Part shown: piece after piece, positions 11,171-24,713 of the stretch
Layout: each line of letters begins with the position of its first letter
How positions within the stretch are numbered: the first letter of the stretch is position 1
Assembly: GCA_028534125.1 (NCBI GenBank)
Contig: CM052817.1
Location: 21,082,001 to 21,146,000 of the forward strand
DNA length: 64,000 bases
Source of the DNA: Lama glama
Lineage: Eukaryota
Reading direction: 5' to 3'
Notes under the pieces: generated by a model
Told to the model about the DNA's origin: nothing
Seen by the model: only the letters and a program-made list of their open reading frames with translations
Database searches by the model: none
Translations under genes and position numbers: made by a program

Positions 11171-14094
11171 CAAGGGCACAATGTTCATTCTAAGGACCTA
11201 CCAAACCAAAAGTAACCAGTCTCGTGAGAGTATTAATTAGGAATGGGAAAAGTTGGCAGCTCTTAGGCAGTTAATCCCCTTGGAGCCAGCTGTGAGCTGT
11301 ACTGTGAAAGGTGTTTTCAAAGAGGCTGCTGTTAGAAAATCTTTTCAAAATATTGAAATCTGATCTCGGGTGATTTGAATAGCAAAACTTTGACTTAAGA
11401 CCTGTCACTTTTGTGTTGCTACTCTCTAACGAGTCCAGGGTTCAGTAGATTAAACAGAATGCACTTTTGGGAAAATAATTACTCGTTAAAGTCAAGATAA
11501 CACAAAGGGTTTAAAAGAGTTTATTTCTCGGTATTATTTCTACTCTTATTTCACATTTGTTTCAAGTTTCAACTTGTATGGACTGCTCATAAAACAACTG
11601 ACTTTTATGAATATACAGCTCCTTCCTGTTCTTCCAAAACCTGCATAACAAAAACTCAGCCACTTGAGGCTCCTGCTGGCAATATCAAAGACTGAGCGTC
11701 CACTTCAAATGCCCTTACACTTTTATCCATTAGGTTATATTCTCGCATCTCTAAACTCTCTCCCAGGGAGCCTTTCTTGTCTATGCGGTCAAAAGGGAAA
11801 GATCATAGAACTTTCAGAGCACCAGCATCCTTCATCTTCCTGAATCATCTATTTCACCAGAATAGGGATTTATACAATAGCATCTGCTTTCACAAAGCAT
11901 GATCTCAAAACACGGCTAAGCTCACCTTAACACTAAAGCAACTCTCCAAGTTACAGCTAAATAATAAAACATGATATGAAAATCATCTGTCCTCTTCAGC
12001 ACAGTTTTTACGCAGCCAAACAAGTGGTTAGGACCATGGCTGTGGTTGGCATCTCTCTGAGAATGTATAGCCAGATTTCATTATTGACGTAAAGTGGAAA
12101 AAATAAAATAGTTCCTATTATGTTCTTTTATAAAACTATAATCCATGCAAAATCTCATCTATACTATGTGCTGTCCATCTATTATGGTCTCCATTTTAGC
12201 TGTGAGATGGTCCATTTCCTAGATAGATAAAGAAACAGATTCAGATTTTAAACTTGGCTATGCCCTTACAAAATCTATTCATTCCGCAGCTGAGTTACTC
12301 CACTCAAGTTTAATTGCTGGGCATTTAAATGATATTGCTTTAATTCACTTCACTGACAATATGCCTACCTAGTGGGGAGACAAGAGTGAAATCCTGTTAA
12401 TTAAGAAAAAAACAATATGAGTTAATCTTTTACTTCTGATTTCACGAGATTGCCTTACACTGTGCTTTTCTTAAATATTTCTTTCTCTGCTGTATTTGTG
12501 GCATTCAGCAGAGTGTAGGGATTTGACCACCATTAGTGATAATGAGGACTTCCTTCCCTTTAATAAATCCCTGAGGGGGAGTACCACTAACAATTTAATA
12601 AATGATGTGACACTGTAGTAGGTAAAGATTAAAGAGAAAAGACAGCTCCATAGTATTTACCATCTTCTATCTTCTTATTGAAAACATTTTATTTTAAACC
12701 CAACAATCACATTAATTTGAAAATATTATATATTTTAATTTAAAAGTCTAAATTTTTATGCTCGTGAGTGGGATATATTCTCAGATGTGTGTGCAATTTT
12801 GGGGGTTGTTGTTTATGATAAATTATTTGGAAAAAGGCGAAAAGATTATTTGGGAGACACATAATGGTGATACACACTATTAGACTTATGAGATAGTTGC
12901 CAATTGTTAATTTGTACTATCAGGAACTGATGTTAGGCCTACAAATTAAGATAATAGTCATCTCAATTGAAATATTTCCAAACGGATTATATTATAGTGA
13001 TATGAAATATGGCCCATCAAGTTTCTGCTAATATCAAGTTTCATTTGGCGAAGGGATATCCTGAAATATGTTTTTTCACCTCTATGTGCTCCCAGAAGCC
13101 TGTGCATTTCGATTTGGAAAGTTTCAAAGTTGGGTTTTTAAAAACGACCTACTTGGCAGCTGTTGCTATTATTCTGTCAAATAACTCACCCATTGTCTCC
13201 ATCTCAGTGGAGGGTATGTGGGAGGTCCCATAGTTTCTTTCCAGCTGTTACTTAGTCCTGGATAATGTTTTTGGTTTCATATGACTCCCAGCATGCAGTC
13301 GGCTTCTGACAGCCTCAATAAAATTCCATTTAAGCAAAATGAATTAAAAGTTGGTGTGAACAAAGTTTAGAAAGAAACAATTAAGAACTCTTTTTGAACC
13401 GGCTTATGCCTTGGAAAGTTTCATCTTGAGGAAATCTGTCACCTTGTGGGATAAAATACCACAGGCAGCTTTGTAGTAGCCCGATCCTACCTTTTGCTTT
13501 TCTTAAAAGAGTTAGAAGAGCTTCTACAGAAATATCTGGAGCTTAAGAGCTGGCAGCATCTGTTCAATATGATAACAGGAGCAGCCTTCTTGGCGGCAGT
13601 TTAAACCCTAAAATCCTCAAATATACCCCAGACCTAGAATCAGAGAAAAAAGATTGTGTTAAACCACCGTTTCTCAAACTTTCCAAAGGGAATCGCATCT
13701 GAGGGCTGCAACTCTCTCTCCCTGTATGCTACCCACCCCGTGCGTGTGCACACACGCACACACGCACACACAGGCACACATACAGGTGCATACAAAATAT
13801 ACAGGGAAAATAACATGGTATAGAAGAGTCACATGTGAAATTCAAGTGAAAACAACCGAGTGTGCTTTAGGAAACTGACTCATGTAAACTCAATGGTTTC
13901 TCACTGAAGTATTCAGTGATGACGGCTTCTGGATAATCAAATCACCATTGGATCATTGATACACTTACAAATATATATTGTCAGGATATTTTAATTTTCA
14001 ACAGGCTTTGCCTACTCCCAGCGTATCTTACACTGGCTCTGCCAAAAGTGTATATGTTACACGGTGTGTCGTTCTTTACCTGTGCTACTAATTA

Positions 14095-14290
14095 TACAGC
14101 AAGATTGCTTGTGTTTGACTCTCGACTTTGCCCCTTATCAGCTGCCTCTGTGCCTTAATTCCCTCCCTTGTAAGTAAAAATAGAGCACCATCTCTTATGG
14201 TTACTATAAGGATTAAGGTGTTAATATACATAATATGCATAATTCTATTAGTGCAAAGCACATAATAGAAATACATATTTGTTATTATTA
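14095..14290 (+). mobile_element. MIR SINE
   Basis: cctctgtgccttaattccctcccttgtaagtaaaaatagagcaccatctcttatggttactataaggattaag. Confidence 0.7.
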
Positions 14291-15277
14291 TAGCATCTAT
14301 CTTTTTTGTCATGATTTGTATTATACCCTGATGTCATATACTTAAGATGGAAGCATCAGCAAATATACTGCAAACTGGTAAAGTACGTAGACATTTTATT
14401 CTTTCCCTCTAAGATCATGCTTTTCTTCAAATAAATTAACAGACCTATTAAAATGGGAACACAGTGACATCTTCCTTAAAAGATGAATGTTGTTTTTTGG
14501 ATGCTGCATCTACGTAAGCACTGGCAAGAAGCAAGGCTTTATTTCCTCTATTTTTATTACAGCATGCATAAGTGGTATGTTAGAGATTCCGTATTTAAAA
14601 AGTGTAAAATAGAAAAACAGCTTAGAATTTATCAAGCACTAGGTAGCAGTTTGGCATTGATTTCAAAATGAAAAAAAAAAATGACATCTAAGCATAAGTG
14701 GTTAAAAATTCAGGCCCACACATAGAATACAAAAAAAAAAAAAAGATTATTTCTTGGCTTAGAACTATCTTTACAGGTTTCCTGAATTTTTCCATTGTTC
14801 AATTCATTAGACTATTTAGAAACTGAAGGATGACTAAAAAGATGGCAGTTTCCCCAAAAGTTGGCAGCTTTCAGTGATTTAATCAATATTTTAGTGATTC
14901 ATACACAGTCAACTATAATTATTGAGTTCCTTTGTTACACCAAAAAATGACAAAGGAAGACTCTAGAATAATTAGTTAAAAGGAAATAGACAGAGGAAAA
15001 TTTTACTTTTACAAGTATCTTTTTTTCCGGAAAACTAAAGACACAGAGCACATAAACACATTGAAAAAAATGCCCAATGTAAAAATGGACTTATCTGGTT
15101 ATCACGTCTAATGGGCTTAAATATGATGGCATTTAGGGTCTGAAATGTAAGAAGAGGATGACAGTCCTAATTTATATTCTTGCTAGTATTAAAATAGTAA
15201 TATTTCTTACAGATATGAGGGGTTCAGTAAAGCCACTTGGGCTAGGGCTGTGGCCAGGCATCCGAGCTGTTGCCGCC

Positions 15278-15296
15278 CTACCAGCAGGGGGCGCGC
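15278..15296 (+). promoter_or_regulatory. CTCF binding motif
   Basis: ccagcagggggcgc (15281-15294) matches the canonical core; local CpG retention. Confidence 0.8.
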
Positions 15297-16944
15297 GAGG
15301 TCCTCGAGTTCTCCATTAACAGAAAATTCTGCAGGTGCTGAGGCTGGAGGAGATGCTCTCTAAAGGCCTCACTATCCTCGGTTCCTGTGTTCTCTAGGCC
15401 ATTTTGAAGATTTCCAGAGACTTCAGTTCCAGCTTCATGTTCTTTATTTCTTTCCTTAAGTTCTTAGCAGCTGAATTTGAAATGTCCCGTTTGTAAACAT
15501 CCAAAAGTCGGGACAGGAGTTTCAATCCCTCTAAACAATGAGGCTTGTGATAAAGCCCCATTGGTAGAGTCACCGTGTAACTCTGCCAGTTTGAACATTT
15601 GGTCGGTCAAAAAAATGCCAATTCATTATATATGGACCTCCCTTTAATTCAGAAGCACCGTAGTTTGAATGACAAATTGTATGGCTCCTCTACCCATCGA
15701 AATGTAAAGCTTAAGCAGTTATAAAATTCTAGTACTTCCCTGAGAATATCCTTTCTTCCAAGCAATGCTCCATCACGGAGCGCATATCAACACTGAGTTC
15801 CAAGGGTTCCTTTGCTTCTCTGTGCTGGTAAAGAAATTAGGATTAACATGTTCTCTTGTCTTTATTTTCCCTGCATCACATCCCAAGCTTCTTATTGATA
15901 AGATGCCCTGTCATCAGCCTCAGTCTATGGCCAGGGAACTTGGTCCTCTCACCTGCCTGTGCCTTCCATTTCTATAACTGTCTCAGTTTCTCCTTAGTAA
16001 TAAAGTTTCCAACTAAATTGTCTAGACTAGGAATGCATTGGGGGAAAATACTTAGTAAAGTTTGCTGAAGTCTTTCTGTTTGGCAAAAACATCAGGAAAG
16101 GAAAGAGGAAGTGCAAAATAGGAGGGCCCCAGAGAAGATGGTTTTTTTTTCTCTGATATTTTGCATTCCTTAAGTAGCTCTCACCCTTTGTCCCTTTAAA
16201 TTTCAGCTTATTTTCTATTTGTCAAATTTAGACCTCAATTTCAAATTTGCTTCTATTCACTCATTTAATTTTAACACCTTGCCCTCTAGATTCAAGAGGG
16301 AAAAAATAAAGATAGGCTGTTTTTGAAAAGAGTAATTGAAGAGCAATGGAGGATTTTGAATAACTTCTTTCTATGGGGAAATTATCGATGGAAAAGGAAT
16401 GTGCCACTTTAAATTTCATCAGAACAGTTGACATGGGACACCCCAAAATGCCTTTCTAAATTCTTATAAAGAAATAAAAATATCTTTGAATTTAAACATG
16501 AATTTATAAAACTGTATGGTTCCCTGTTGTCTAACAAATTAAGCATACGTTTTAAATTCAGACGTCTGATGTGTTCCAACCTTATTATTTTGAAAAATAA
16601 GACAGCTCGTGATTGAGAAATGTTGATGGAGGTCCTGAAATAACAGTTTGCTCATTTCTACACTTAACTCTTCTTCCCAGGTAACTTGCAATATAGCTCA
16701 ATGTTTCCTTATCCTTTTGTAAACGTGTCTTTTACTCTATGGCTTTTGTGTCTCTTCCCAAGGTAGTCTCCTGTCCAAGAATGCCATCACTGAACTTGCT
16801 GCTCCTGGTGCAGTTTTCAACACCCATTTCAGTATCTATCATCTTCAATATGTTTTGCTTGATGCCCCAGAAAATCAGATGGCTGATTATTTTATCCATA
16901 TGTAATGATTTTCTGCAAAGATCTTTGGATTTCATTTGGGGAAT

Positions 16945-17072
16945 CGTAACTTCTTTGAAGGCAGGGCTATAACTTATTAATGTCTGCTCTCCCTGTGATA
17001 TGCAGACTGCGTAGTATGTAGAAAATTGTGCAGTATAACCTGCAAACTTCAGATATTTGTTGAATTGAATTA
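16945..17072 (+). mobile_element. LINE-2 3' tail
   Basis: gtaacttctttgaaggcaggg...atatttgttgaattgaatt. Confidence 0.55.
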
Positions 17073-19429
17073 GATTTTTTTTTTTACAGAAGGCATATAG
17101 TTTGGAGTCAAACATTTTGAAAATAGACTTATGTATAAAAACACTGTGCATGATTTATAGGGCAGTGTAAACAAGAGCTGCCTGCCATAAGAGATGAATT
17201 TATCTTTATCTGTATAGTTCTATTAATTGTTTTACACTTTTATGTAACTATGATGTTTTGGAGTTATTGCTTTATTTTTTACTATTCTTTTATGAAGTTG
17301 ATCCTAAGTTTTCAGGTCAAAACTATGATTTACAAAAAAAAACTTCTTCTTTGGGAAGAAATGGTTGCCTGTATTATGAAACATATCCTAAGAAAATGAA
17401 TATGGAAAATCAGGTAGTTGCCATGTCTTCTTCCCATCCTCCTGAAAGTCTCATCTTCCTTGAGAATTAAAGAGGTTTTTTAATAATTATAATTGAGATT
17501 TTTATAATAATTTTTCAATAAATATATTGAATATAGCACATAGTTAACAAAATTTAATGTTCCTATAATTTTTTACACTTTATATCCTGTTATAGAATAA
17601 TCTGACTTAAAATTATTTTATTGAAAAGAAAGCTTAATATGATGGACACTTAAGCGAATGCTTCTTTTTAAATGTGGTTGATATTTATATCTTCAATCTC
17701 TTTCCTGGGCCTCATCTGTCTCTATATCTTCCTGTCTGTTTATTTATTCAAGTTGGGATGAGGAAGAAAACAGCTGTTTTTCTTAGAAGAAATGTATGGT
17801 GACTTCTATATTTCTTCCAAATGTATTTTCAAATGTGTTGTAGATAACATATCAGAAATATCTTTAAAACTTTATTGGTTCAGGAAAGTTGTGTAGTACC
17901 AAATTTATCCTGGCACCTATAATGAATTTTTGATGCACCAAATGTTCTTTTGAGGACTTGTGTTTTGAATGCAGCATTTCCATTTTCCTCTGAGAGTTTG
18001 AAGAAGAGGAAGTGAAGTCACTAAACACTTTTTAGAGGTTAAATTTCTCAGTTATAAAAATAAGCCGAATTGCTGCTTACATACAAGATGTACTTAACAA
18101 ACAAGAAATTTTGCATGAGTACTCTAGTTTGTGAAACAGAAAACAGTCAAAGCTTTATTGTCAAGATATCATAATTGGGAATCTCAAACAGGATTATCTC
18201 CTTGTATAGAAATGAGCACTATTTCAGCTTGCAAGATTCTACCTATATTCTAAATAATACAGCCGAAGAGCACACAGTTATCTCAGGTTAGTAAGTGAAG
18301 TTTCAAATTAGCTCTGGCAAAAGATAAGAACGAAGACTGAAGACGGTCTTAAAAAGTCAATTTCAAAAATGTCTCCACCTACTCGATTTCTTAAGATTTT
18401 CTGATAAAAATTGGCCAAGTGAGTTAATAATACACATATTATACGGGCATGTATATAAGCATGTGTCTTGAAGATAATATCATGAAATATGAAGCTGATA
18501 TCTTTCCATTTCTGTAGCAGACAAATCAATTCCTTCTAAAGCCATCAAATATTATAGCTAGTGCGAGGGGTCAAGAACAAGAACTTCTTCATGAAGAATG
18601 AGGAAATGATATAAAGCAAGACCTGTTTGCTTGGAAAGAAATCTGAAACACTTCTGTATAGGACACCGTAGAACACAGAAAGAAGAGGTGTGGGAATAAG
18701 TAGGTGTGCATGAGTATTCTGGTTCCCTGTCCACACACACATATGCACACACATGCAAAATATTGGGAGATTATAGAAGAAATGGAAGTGAAAGAAATCT
18801 ACAGTAAAACCCATCGCCCTTTTAGTTATCTTCAAAAAGTCTGTTGCCATGGACAAGCCGTCTCTACAATAAGCATGGAGTGATTAGGCATTGAAACAGC
18901 CTCAGCTATTGTCACATGCCTCCTTCAGCTACCACGTTGTGTACTTAGTCCAGAAATTACGAATGTTTTGTAGCAGACACAGAAGATGTTCATATAAGAG
19001 ACAGTGCTTCAGGGACTGACTCAGGCAAGAGCCCACAGGCTTAGCAGTAGCTGGAACAGCTAAAACAAAGGACTCGTTAGAGAATGAGGGTGTGATTCAC
19101 GAGACTGCAGGACCATGCAGAGCTAAGGTTTAGATCTTCTATGCTTTCACTAAGAGTAATCCCTCCATACTTTGAAAATAAACAGGTTGAGCAATCGGTG
19201 ATTTTAGATTGGAGACATCTCCCAGAGAGAAGATCCAGAAGACAGTATGTAGCCACTCCCACCTTTGAGGACAGAAGAGTGACCCCATTTTCCCACGCCT
19301 ACAAACCTGAAGCTTCATCTTTCCCCAGACATGAACTCTCATACGTACGTACCCAGCATTATGTATTGCTCACCCATCTGTGTTCATGTAATGCTACGGA
19401 AGTGAGTGATCTTGACTAGTGAGGAAGAT

Positions 19430-19700
19430 TCGTTCTACAGGGTTATTCAAGGGCCCCAGCGCTTCTAATCTTGTAGTTCCTCCTTCCCCAAAGCACTGGG
19501 GTGTTTTCTTCATCTACATGTCTGAGACAAGCTCTCACACCATTATGCTTTCCAGCTCAAAGAAGGGAACATGAGGAATTTGAAGTCAAACAATTTCCAC
19601 TAAAGAAAGTGATGCAGAAGTTGCACACATCAGTTTATTCACAACTCAGTGGGATGCCCAAATGGCAAGGAGGCTATGAAATCTTGCACCTAAGCTTCTT
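19430..19700 (-). mobile_element. MLT1 (MaLR) LTR fragment
   Basis: gttattcaagggccccagc..cttctaatcttgtag and cagaagttgcacacatca resemble antisense MLT1K/L. Confidence 0.5.
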
Positions 19701-19790
19701 GATTTTCATGCTGTCACTAAAGCTCTATTACCACGATAAAAGAGAAGACAATTGAGGAGTTACTTGTCTGCCACATTTAAAATGTGTCAA

Positions 19791-19880
19791 GGAGGGAAGT
19801 AATAGCTCAGTGTTAGAGCACATGCTTAGCATGCACAAGGTCCTGGGTTCAATATTCAGTACCTTTATTTTTTAAAAAAA
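19791..19880 (+). mobile_element. tRNA-derived SINE, camelid Vic-1 type
   Basis: ggagggaagtaatagctcagtgttagagcacatgcttagcatgcacaaggtcctgggttcaat..cagtacct: A box, B box and AT/A-rich tail. Confidence 0.85.
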
Positions 19881-20189
19881 GTCTTAAAAATATTTCAAAA
19901 AGACATTGAGTTTGAAAAAGATTAACTTCCTACTCGCCACTCCCCCCCCACCAATTCCGTACCCCTATCTTTCTTCACTATCTAGCAAGATAGGTGATAA
20001 CACAACCGAAATGATTGACTAGATAAACTAAAAACAGCTACATTTTATTTGCTGATTTGATTGGAATAATGGAACTGTGTAATCCTAGTACACATATATT
20101 CTGTTGGCTTGTGTGTTTAAATTAATTGGAATTCTTGGTGAATTATGTCTTTTTTGCTAATTTAACACCATTTCCATATCGTGGTCTGA

Positions 20190-20573
20190 GATTCTTAAAT
20201 GATTACGGGTCTGTAAATTTCTCCAACATCATCTCAAGTCACTTTCCAAATTGCTTAGTCAGGTCCAGGCAAATTGGTCTCTCTTTCTATTCCCAGAACA
20301 TGCTGATCTCTTTATTTCCTCAGAAGTTCTGCACTCTGTCTTCTCTATCTTGATCTGACTTCTACTTCTTCACCCACATGGCTGCTCCTTGTCCTTCGGC
20401 GTCTTACATCGCACCTCCGGAAAGAGTCATATCTTCCGTGACATGCCATCCAAAGCCATCCCTTCCCTGTTTCCTCAGTCACGTCAGCCTAGGTATTCCT
20501 GTTCTTCACTGAACTTTTCACAGTCTGTAATCATCTTATTTATCAATTTATCCTATATTACACTGTCTCCCAC
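20190..20573 (+). mobile_element. LINE-2 3' region, left part (interrupted)
   Basis: pyrimidine-rich L2 3' pattern ending at ctgtctcccac. Confidence 0.7.
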
Positions 20574-21002
20574 AAGAGAGGGAGACTTTTTTTTTAAAGA
20601 TGGGGATTGACAAGAACTTTATTCACAGTTATAGGACAGGATACAGGACATCATAAGGGGTGAGGAATCAGGGAGGGGAATATTTGATGGTGGTTCTATG
20701 ACTGAAGCCCCGTACGACTGCTCTCGTTGCTTGAGATGCCCACTGTATCAAGCACCTGAATGACCACCCTGACCCACACATCATGTCAGGGGCCTTCCAC
20801 CTGGACCAGAGCCTCATGGAAACCCAGTGCCAGCCAAGCAGGATTGAGAGCCAGGGGCTCTGGGATGTCTGCTGTGTCCTCTGACCACCAGGCCCCTCAC
20901 CTTGCAGGGGTGACTGCCTGGACCAGAAGGATCAAGGGGGAGATTCCAGCTGCTTGCCAAGTGGATATAGTTTCTCTGGGCCCAGCATTCTTAAGGCCTA
21001 CA
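20574..21002 (-). mobile_element. GC-rich insert in L2, probably an ERVL-type solo LTR (alternative: retroposed transcript)
   Basis: minus strand starts TGTAGG and has AATAAA near its 3' end; flanked by cccac/cccaa; L2 resumes at aatgtaagc. Confidence 0.55.
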
Positions 21003-21120
21003 CCCAAATGTAAGCCCTGTAAGTGTGTAAGGCTCTTCTATGTCATTGTCACCCCACTCTCCTTTCACCTGTGCAGTGAATGCCACACAATGGAGTTTAA
21101 AAATATTTGTTGAATGAGGA
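21003..21120 (+). mobile_element. LINE-2 3' tail, right part
   Basis: aatgtaagccc...aaatatttgttgaatgag. Confidence 0.7.
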
Positions 21121-21604
21121 ACGGTGAAGATAAGCTATTTGAAAAACAAATACATAGATGTGTGTGTGTACTTGTGTGGTGTGTGCATTCTGAGCTAATC
21201 TTACTGTTCCTCAAAAAGTAGACTAAAAGAACCTTGTCTGCATAAATCTTAGGCAATTTTTTCATGACAAGTACTGATAATGTGTGCCTCTAAAACACCA
21301 TGTTTTTGTCCTGGAGGCGTTATGAAATCCAGCCAAGACATGGACTGTTGGTGACTAAACTAACACTGTTTCCCATTCTGCTCCATATTCTGAATCGAAC
21401 ATATGCCACAGTAGCCCCTGCTTTATGGAAATCTGTGTTGTTTTATGTTAGTTCTTTGATTTTATTTTTATGTTTGTCTAAAGGAGTTTTAAGGAGCAAA
21501 TTTCCATAAAGATGGGGCTGAAATGACTCTAGAATCAGTAAGTACTCTTTAGACTGCATGATTAACAGCACAATTGCAGAGAAGTTGTATTACGTTGTTA
21601 GACA

Positions 21605-21790
21605 GAATTGTATAGTATAGGATTTTCTGAATCCTAGAGTCAGATGTCCTGCATTTTTAATGACCACAGGTGAGTGATGAAATCTCTTCAGATTCCAGAT
21701 TTTTTCATCTACAATAATGCAGATAATATTAGCTTAAATATCTTAGAGTTATTGTGAAGAACAAAAGTGATATATTGTATTTGAAGATAA
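21605..21790 (+). mobile_element. MIR SINE
   Basis: ctagagtcagatgtcctg...ttttttcatctacaataatgcagataata...gagttattgtgaagaa. Confidence 0.65.
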
Positions 21791-24049
21791 TACGTAGCAC
21801 AGCTATGTGTCCCAGAGTGAAGGCTGAAAAAATCTTAGACGATGACTGAGGGCTAGACAGGTGTTCTCTGGCCCCACTCTGCCACTGTGAAAGTTACCTG
21901 GCTTCCATCTACTGGAAACTATGTAAATTAGAAATTATGATCTTCGACCTACAGATGAGAAAATTGTCACTCAGAAATGTCAGTTCCCTACTGTCACACA
22001 GATTGTGGGCAGCAAAGTCTATTTATTTTCCATTTATGTGCATTTTCTTGTCCTTAATTAATAACCTACCTTCAGAATTCTTTCATTTCAGATAGCCTGG
22101 CAACCAGAACGAGAAAATAAATCTTTGAATTATCGTTTCTTTTATTTGAAACTGTTGGCGTGTTGATAGTTGAGCAAGAGAGGGCGAAGATAAGAGAGAG
22201 TGAGAAAAGAAAGAAAATCGGAGAAACTCAGAATATAAAGTCTAAAGTGCTAATGAAAGTGTATGTTTTAAGGAAATGAGACAAGTAGTCATCTTTGTTT
22301 TTTTTTCTTTTCTTTTTCCTTTAAAAGGCCCCAGTAATAGAATCTTAACTAATTATTGAACAGATATTTTTAAGATGTAGAAAGAAATGAGAGGAGTGCA
22401 TGAAAAAAACGCCTTATTATATTTATTCTCTTTTAAAGGTTTAAATTAAAAACAGTGTTTCCATTCCAAAGATGTGGAATGGGGCAAAGACTTGACTAGT
22501 CTGCGCTATGCCTTCAGAAAATAGATTCTGCAACACAATTCGAAATATTCTGTGTTGCCCTTTCTATGTCTCTTTTTACAACCACTTTTCTCTCAGTCTT
22601 TCTGTCTCACTCAAAGGCAAAAGTAGCTGTTGGGAAAGAATGTGATGTTCCGAGGGCATCAAAAGGAGAAGCTATTCCAACAATTGTGTTACTCTGACAT
22701 GGTTTCAATTATGAATCAGCCTGTAAGTTCATTTTGTTAATTAAAAATCTACTCTATCAGAAACACAATCAACACACTTTATGAGTCACAGACCCAGGGT
22801 ACACTAGACATTGGAGATAAATGGAAATTTGATCCAGGCAAAAACAGATTTGAGATTTTTCTCTGTGTTAGTCTCCTCTGCCGTTGGTCATATGAGAGTG
22901 TTCAGTTTCATTTAAATATCATTTAAAATTTAATAATAGCCATCCTTTCTGGTTTCTCCTCTTGCATGTTAGTCTGGAAATGGGTTACTCATCCCTTTTT
23001 TCCTGAAACCTCTCTAGTCTAAGCTCCCTGACATTGCTGAGTAGTTTCTTCCTATGAGTTAAATACTTCAAATTTTTATTTTTCTATCTCTTATCTCTCA
23101 AAGGGCACCAGAGGCAAATGGAACCTTGAGTTATCTAAGATAAATAATTTATTTTCCGAATAGTTCTCTCTGGGAACAGAGGAGTCCGCCTCAATATTCA
23201 TTCAAGGCTTACGGCTGCGTGTCTCTCTTTCAGCATTCTCCACAGGGCAGTCCTGGGGGCCAGCAGACCCTCCTCGTCCTCCCTAACATCAAGCCGACAA
23301 AGTGGTCCAAAGGAAAGCTACTCACGTGGCTGTGGGGTTGCTGTGCTTCTGTGCGTGGGAACATGTCCTTAACCTACATGATTTGATAGCCTTTGAAGAC
23401 TATTTCTAAGTTCTTCACCATTTTTTGTCTTCTCTTCTATTCTTAAGATTGAACCAGAATATTGCTAACTTCTGATTGTTAAATTTATATATTGGAAACC
23501 AAAGCTCTTAAGGAATTTGTGTGTTTTTTTTTTTAAAAATCGCTTTTAAATAAATGTAAGTAGGGCGGCACAAAAGTAAGTACTTTTTTTTTTTTTTTTT
23601 TACTGAAGATCCTGAAAAAACAAAAATGCAGCTAGTTGCAAAATGTTCTCACTCTTCCATTCCCAACGTCTGAAAGTGATCTATCTACAAGAAAATAATT
23701 CTGGGCATAATTTGTGTAAATGAGAAAGGAGCCCTGGGAAAGAAGATGTACTCCAGTGTGTTGCCATAGAACACAAGCCTAACCACCTACAAAGAAACCT
23801 TAGCAGTGAAGACTCCCCATACAAGCACAACTGACAATGTGATTGTACAACTCACCAAAGATGTCCAAAAAAATAGCACTAATGGCTGCTCCAGGCTCAG
23901 CTCTAGAGAGGAAGAGCCAGTTATGTTTGTGTTTTTGCACAGATGGCTCTGTTGCCTCCTTGAGGCTACATTCGTACAAGCTTTTTGATCACACTCTGCC
24001 TATCAGAACATATGTCAGTGAGATGCCAAGACTGGGCTGTGGTGTTCCA

Positions 24050-24210
24050 TGCATCTGGCTTGGATACCCAGCTCTGTTTCTGCTTCGCTTGCTTCTTTGG
24101 GCTAGCTATTACCTTGCGAAGTCTCAATGTTCACATTTCTTGCTGAAAAAAATGGATTTGCCTTATAAAATTGGTATACTCTAGTGATTTCAAATAATGT
24201 CTCCATGTAG
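24050..24210 (+). mobile_element. MIR SINE (degraded)
   Basis: tctggctggatacccagctctg...ttgggctagctattaccttgcgaagtctcaatgttcacattt. Confidence 0.5.
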
Positions 24211-24549
24211 AAAATGCTAAATAATTTATAACCATGATTATGAAGTGAGTTTCAAATTCTGAATCATTTTCCTTGTTTTCTTGGATCTTATTTGTTGGAA
24301 ACTTCATGACTACTCTTTTAAACTTAAATTTACCAAATTCGTCGATTAAGATTATTTTGAAAGTGACCAAGAAAAAATAAACTAAACTAAAAGCAGCTAG
24401 TAATAATAATTTTTAATAGAAGTTTTTTTTTTAATTTATAGAAATTAGATGCAGAAGAAGCAAATTCAGGACCAATGTCACAGCTCCTAGAAGGTCAAAC
24501 ATTTTCTATATTATTATTCTACCATCTTAAATATATAACTTCAATTATA

Positions 24550-24713
24550 GTAATAGAGACTATGTTTTTAGTGTTTTGTGTGTACCAGGAGCATAGCAAG
24601 CATTTTTAAATTTGTATTTCATTTAATATCCAAAGCAATCATAAAAGTATTCCAATGTTACACATGAAGTAACTGAGGCAGCATAATGTGTATGTTATCC
24701 AATATCACACGAT
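24550..24713 (-). mobile_element. MIR SINE, truncated by gap
   Basis: tcatttaatatccaaagcaa...ttacacatgaagtaactgaggca. Confidence 0.7.

Noticed and set aside
16732..17151. 139-aa minus-strand ORF (longest outside gaps)
   Set aside because: No recognisable domain, overlaps an L2 tail and a T-run; consistent with chance.
19077..19419. Cluster of overlapping short ORFs
   Set aside because: No recognisable homology or splice structure; adjacent to MLT1 sequence.
19791..19865. tRNA gene
   Set aside because: tRNA-like A/B boxes, but no proper acceptor stem and an A-rich tail; it is a SINE.
20760..21113. 117-aa ORF as a gene or pseudogene
   Set aside because: Crosses the insert/L2 boundary and matches no protein I recognise.
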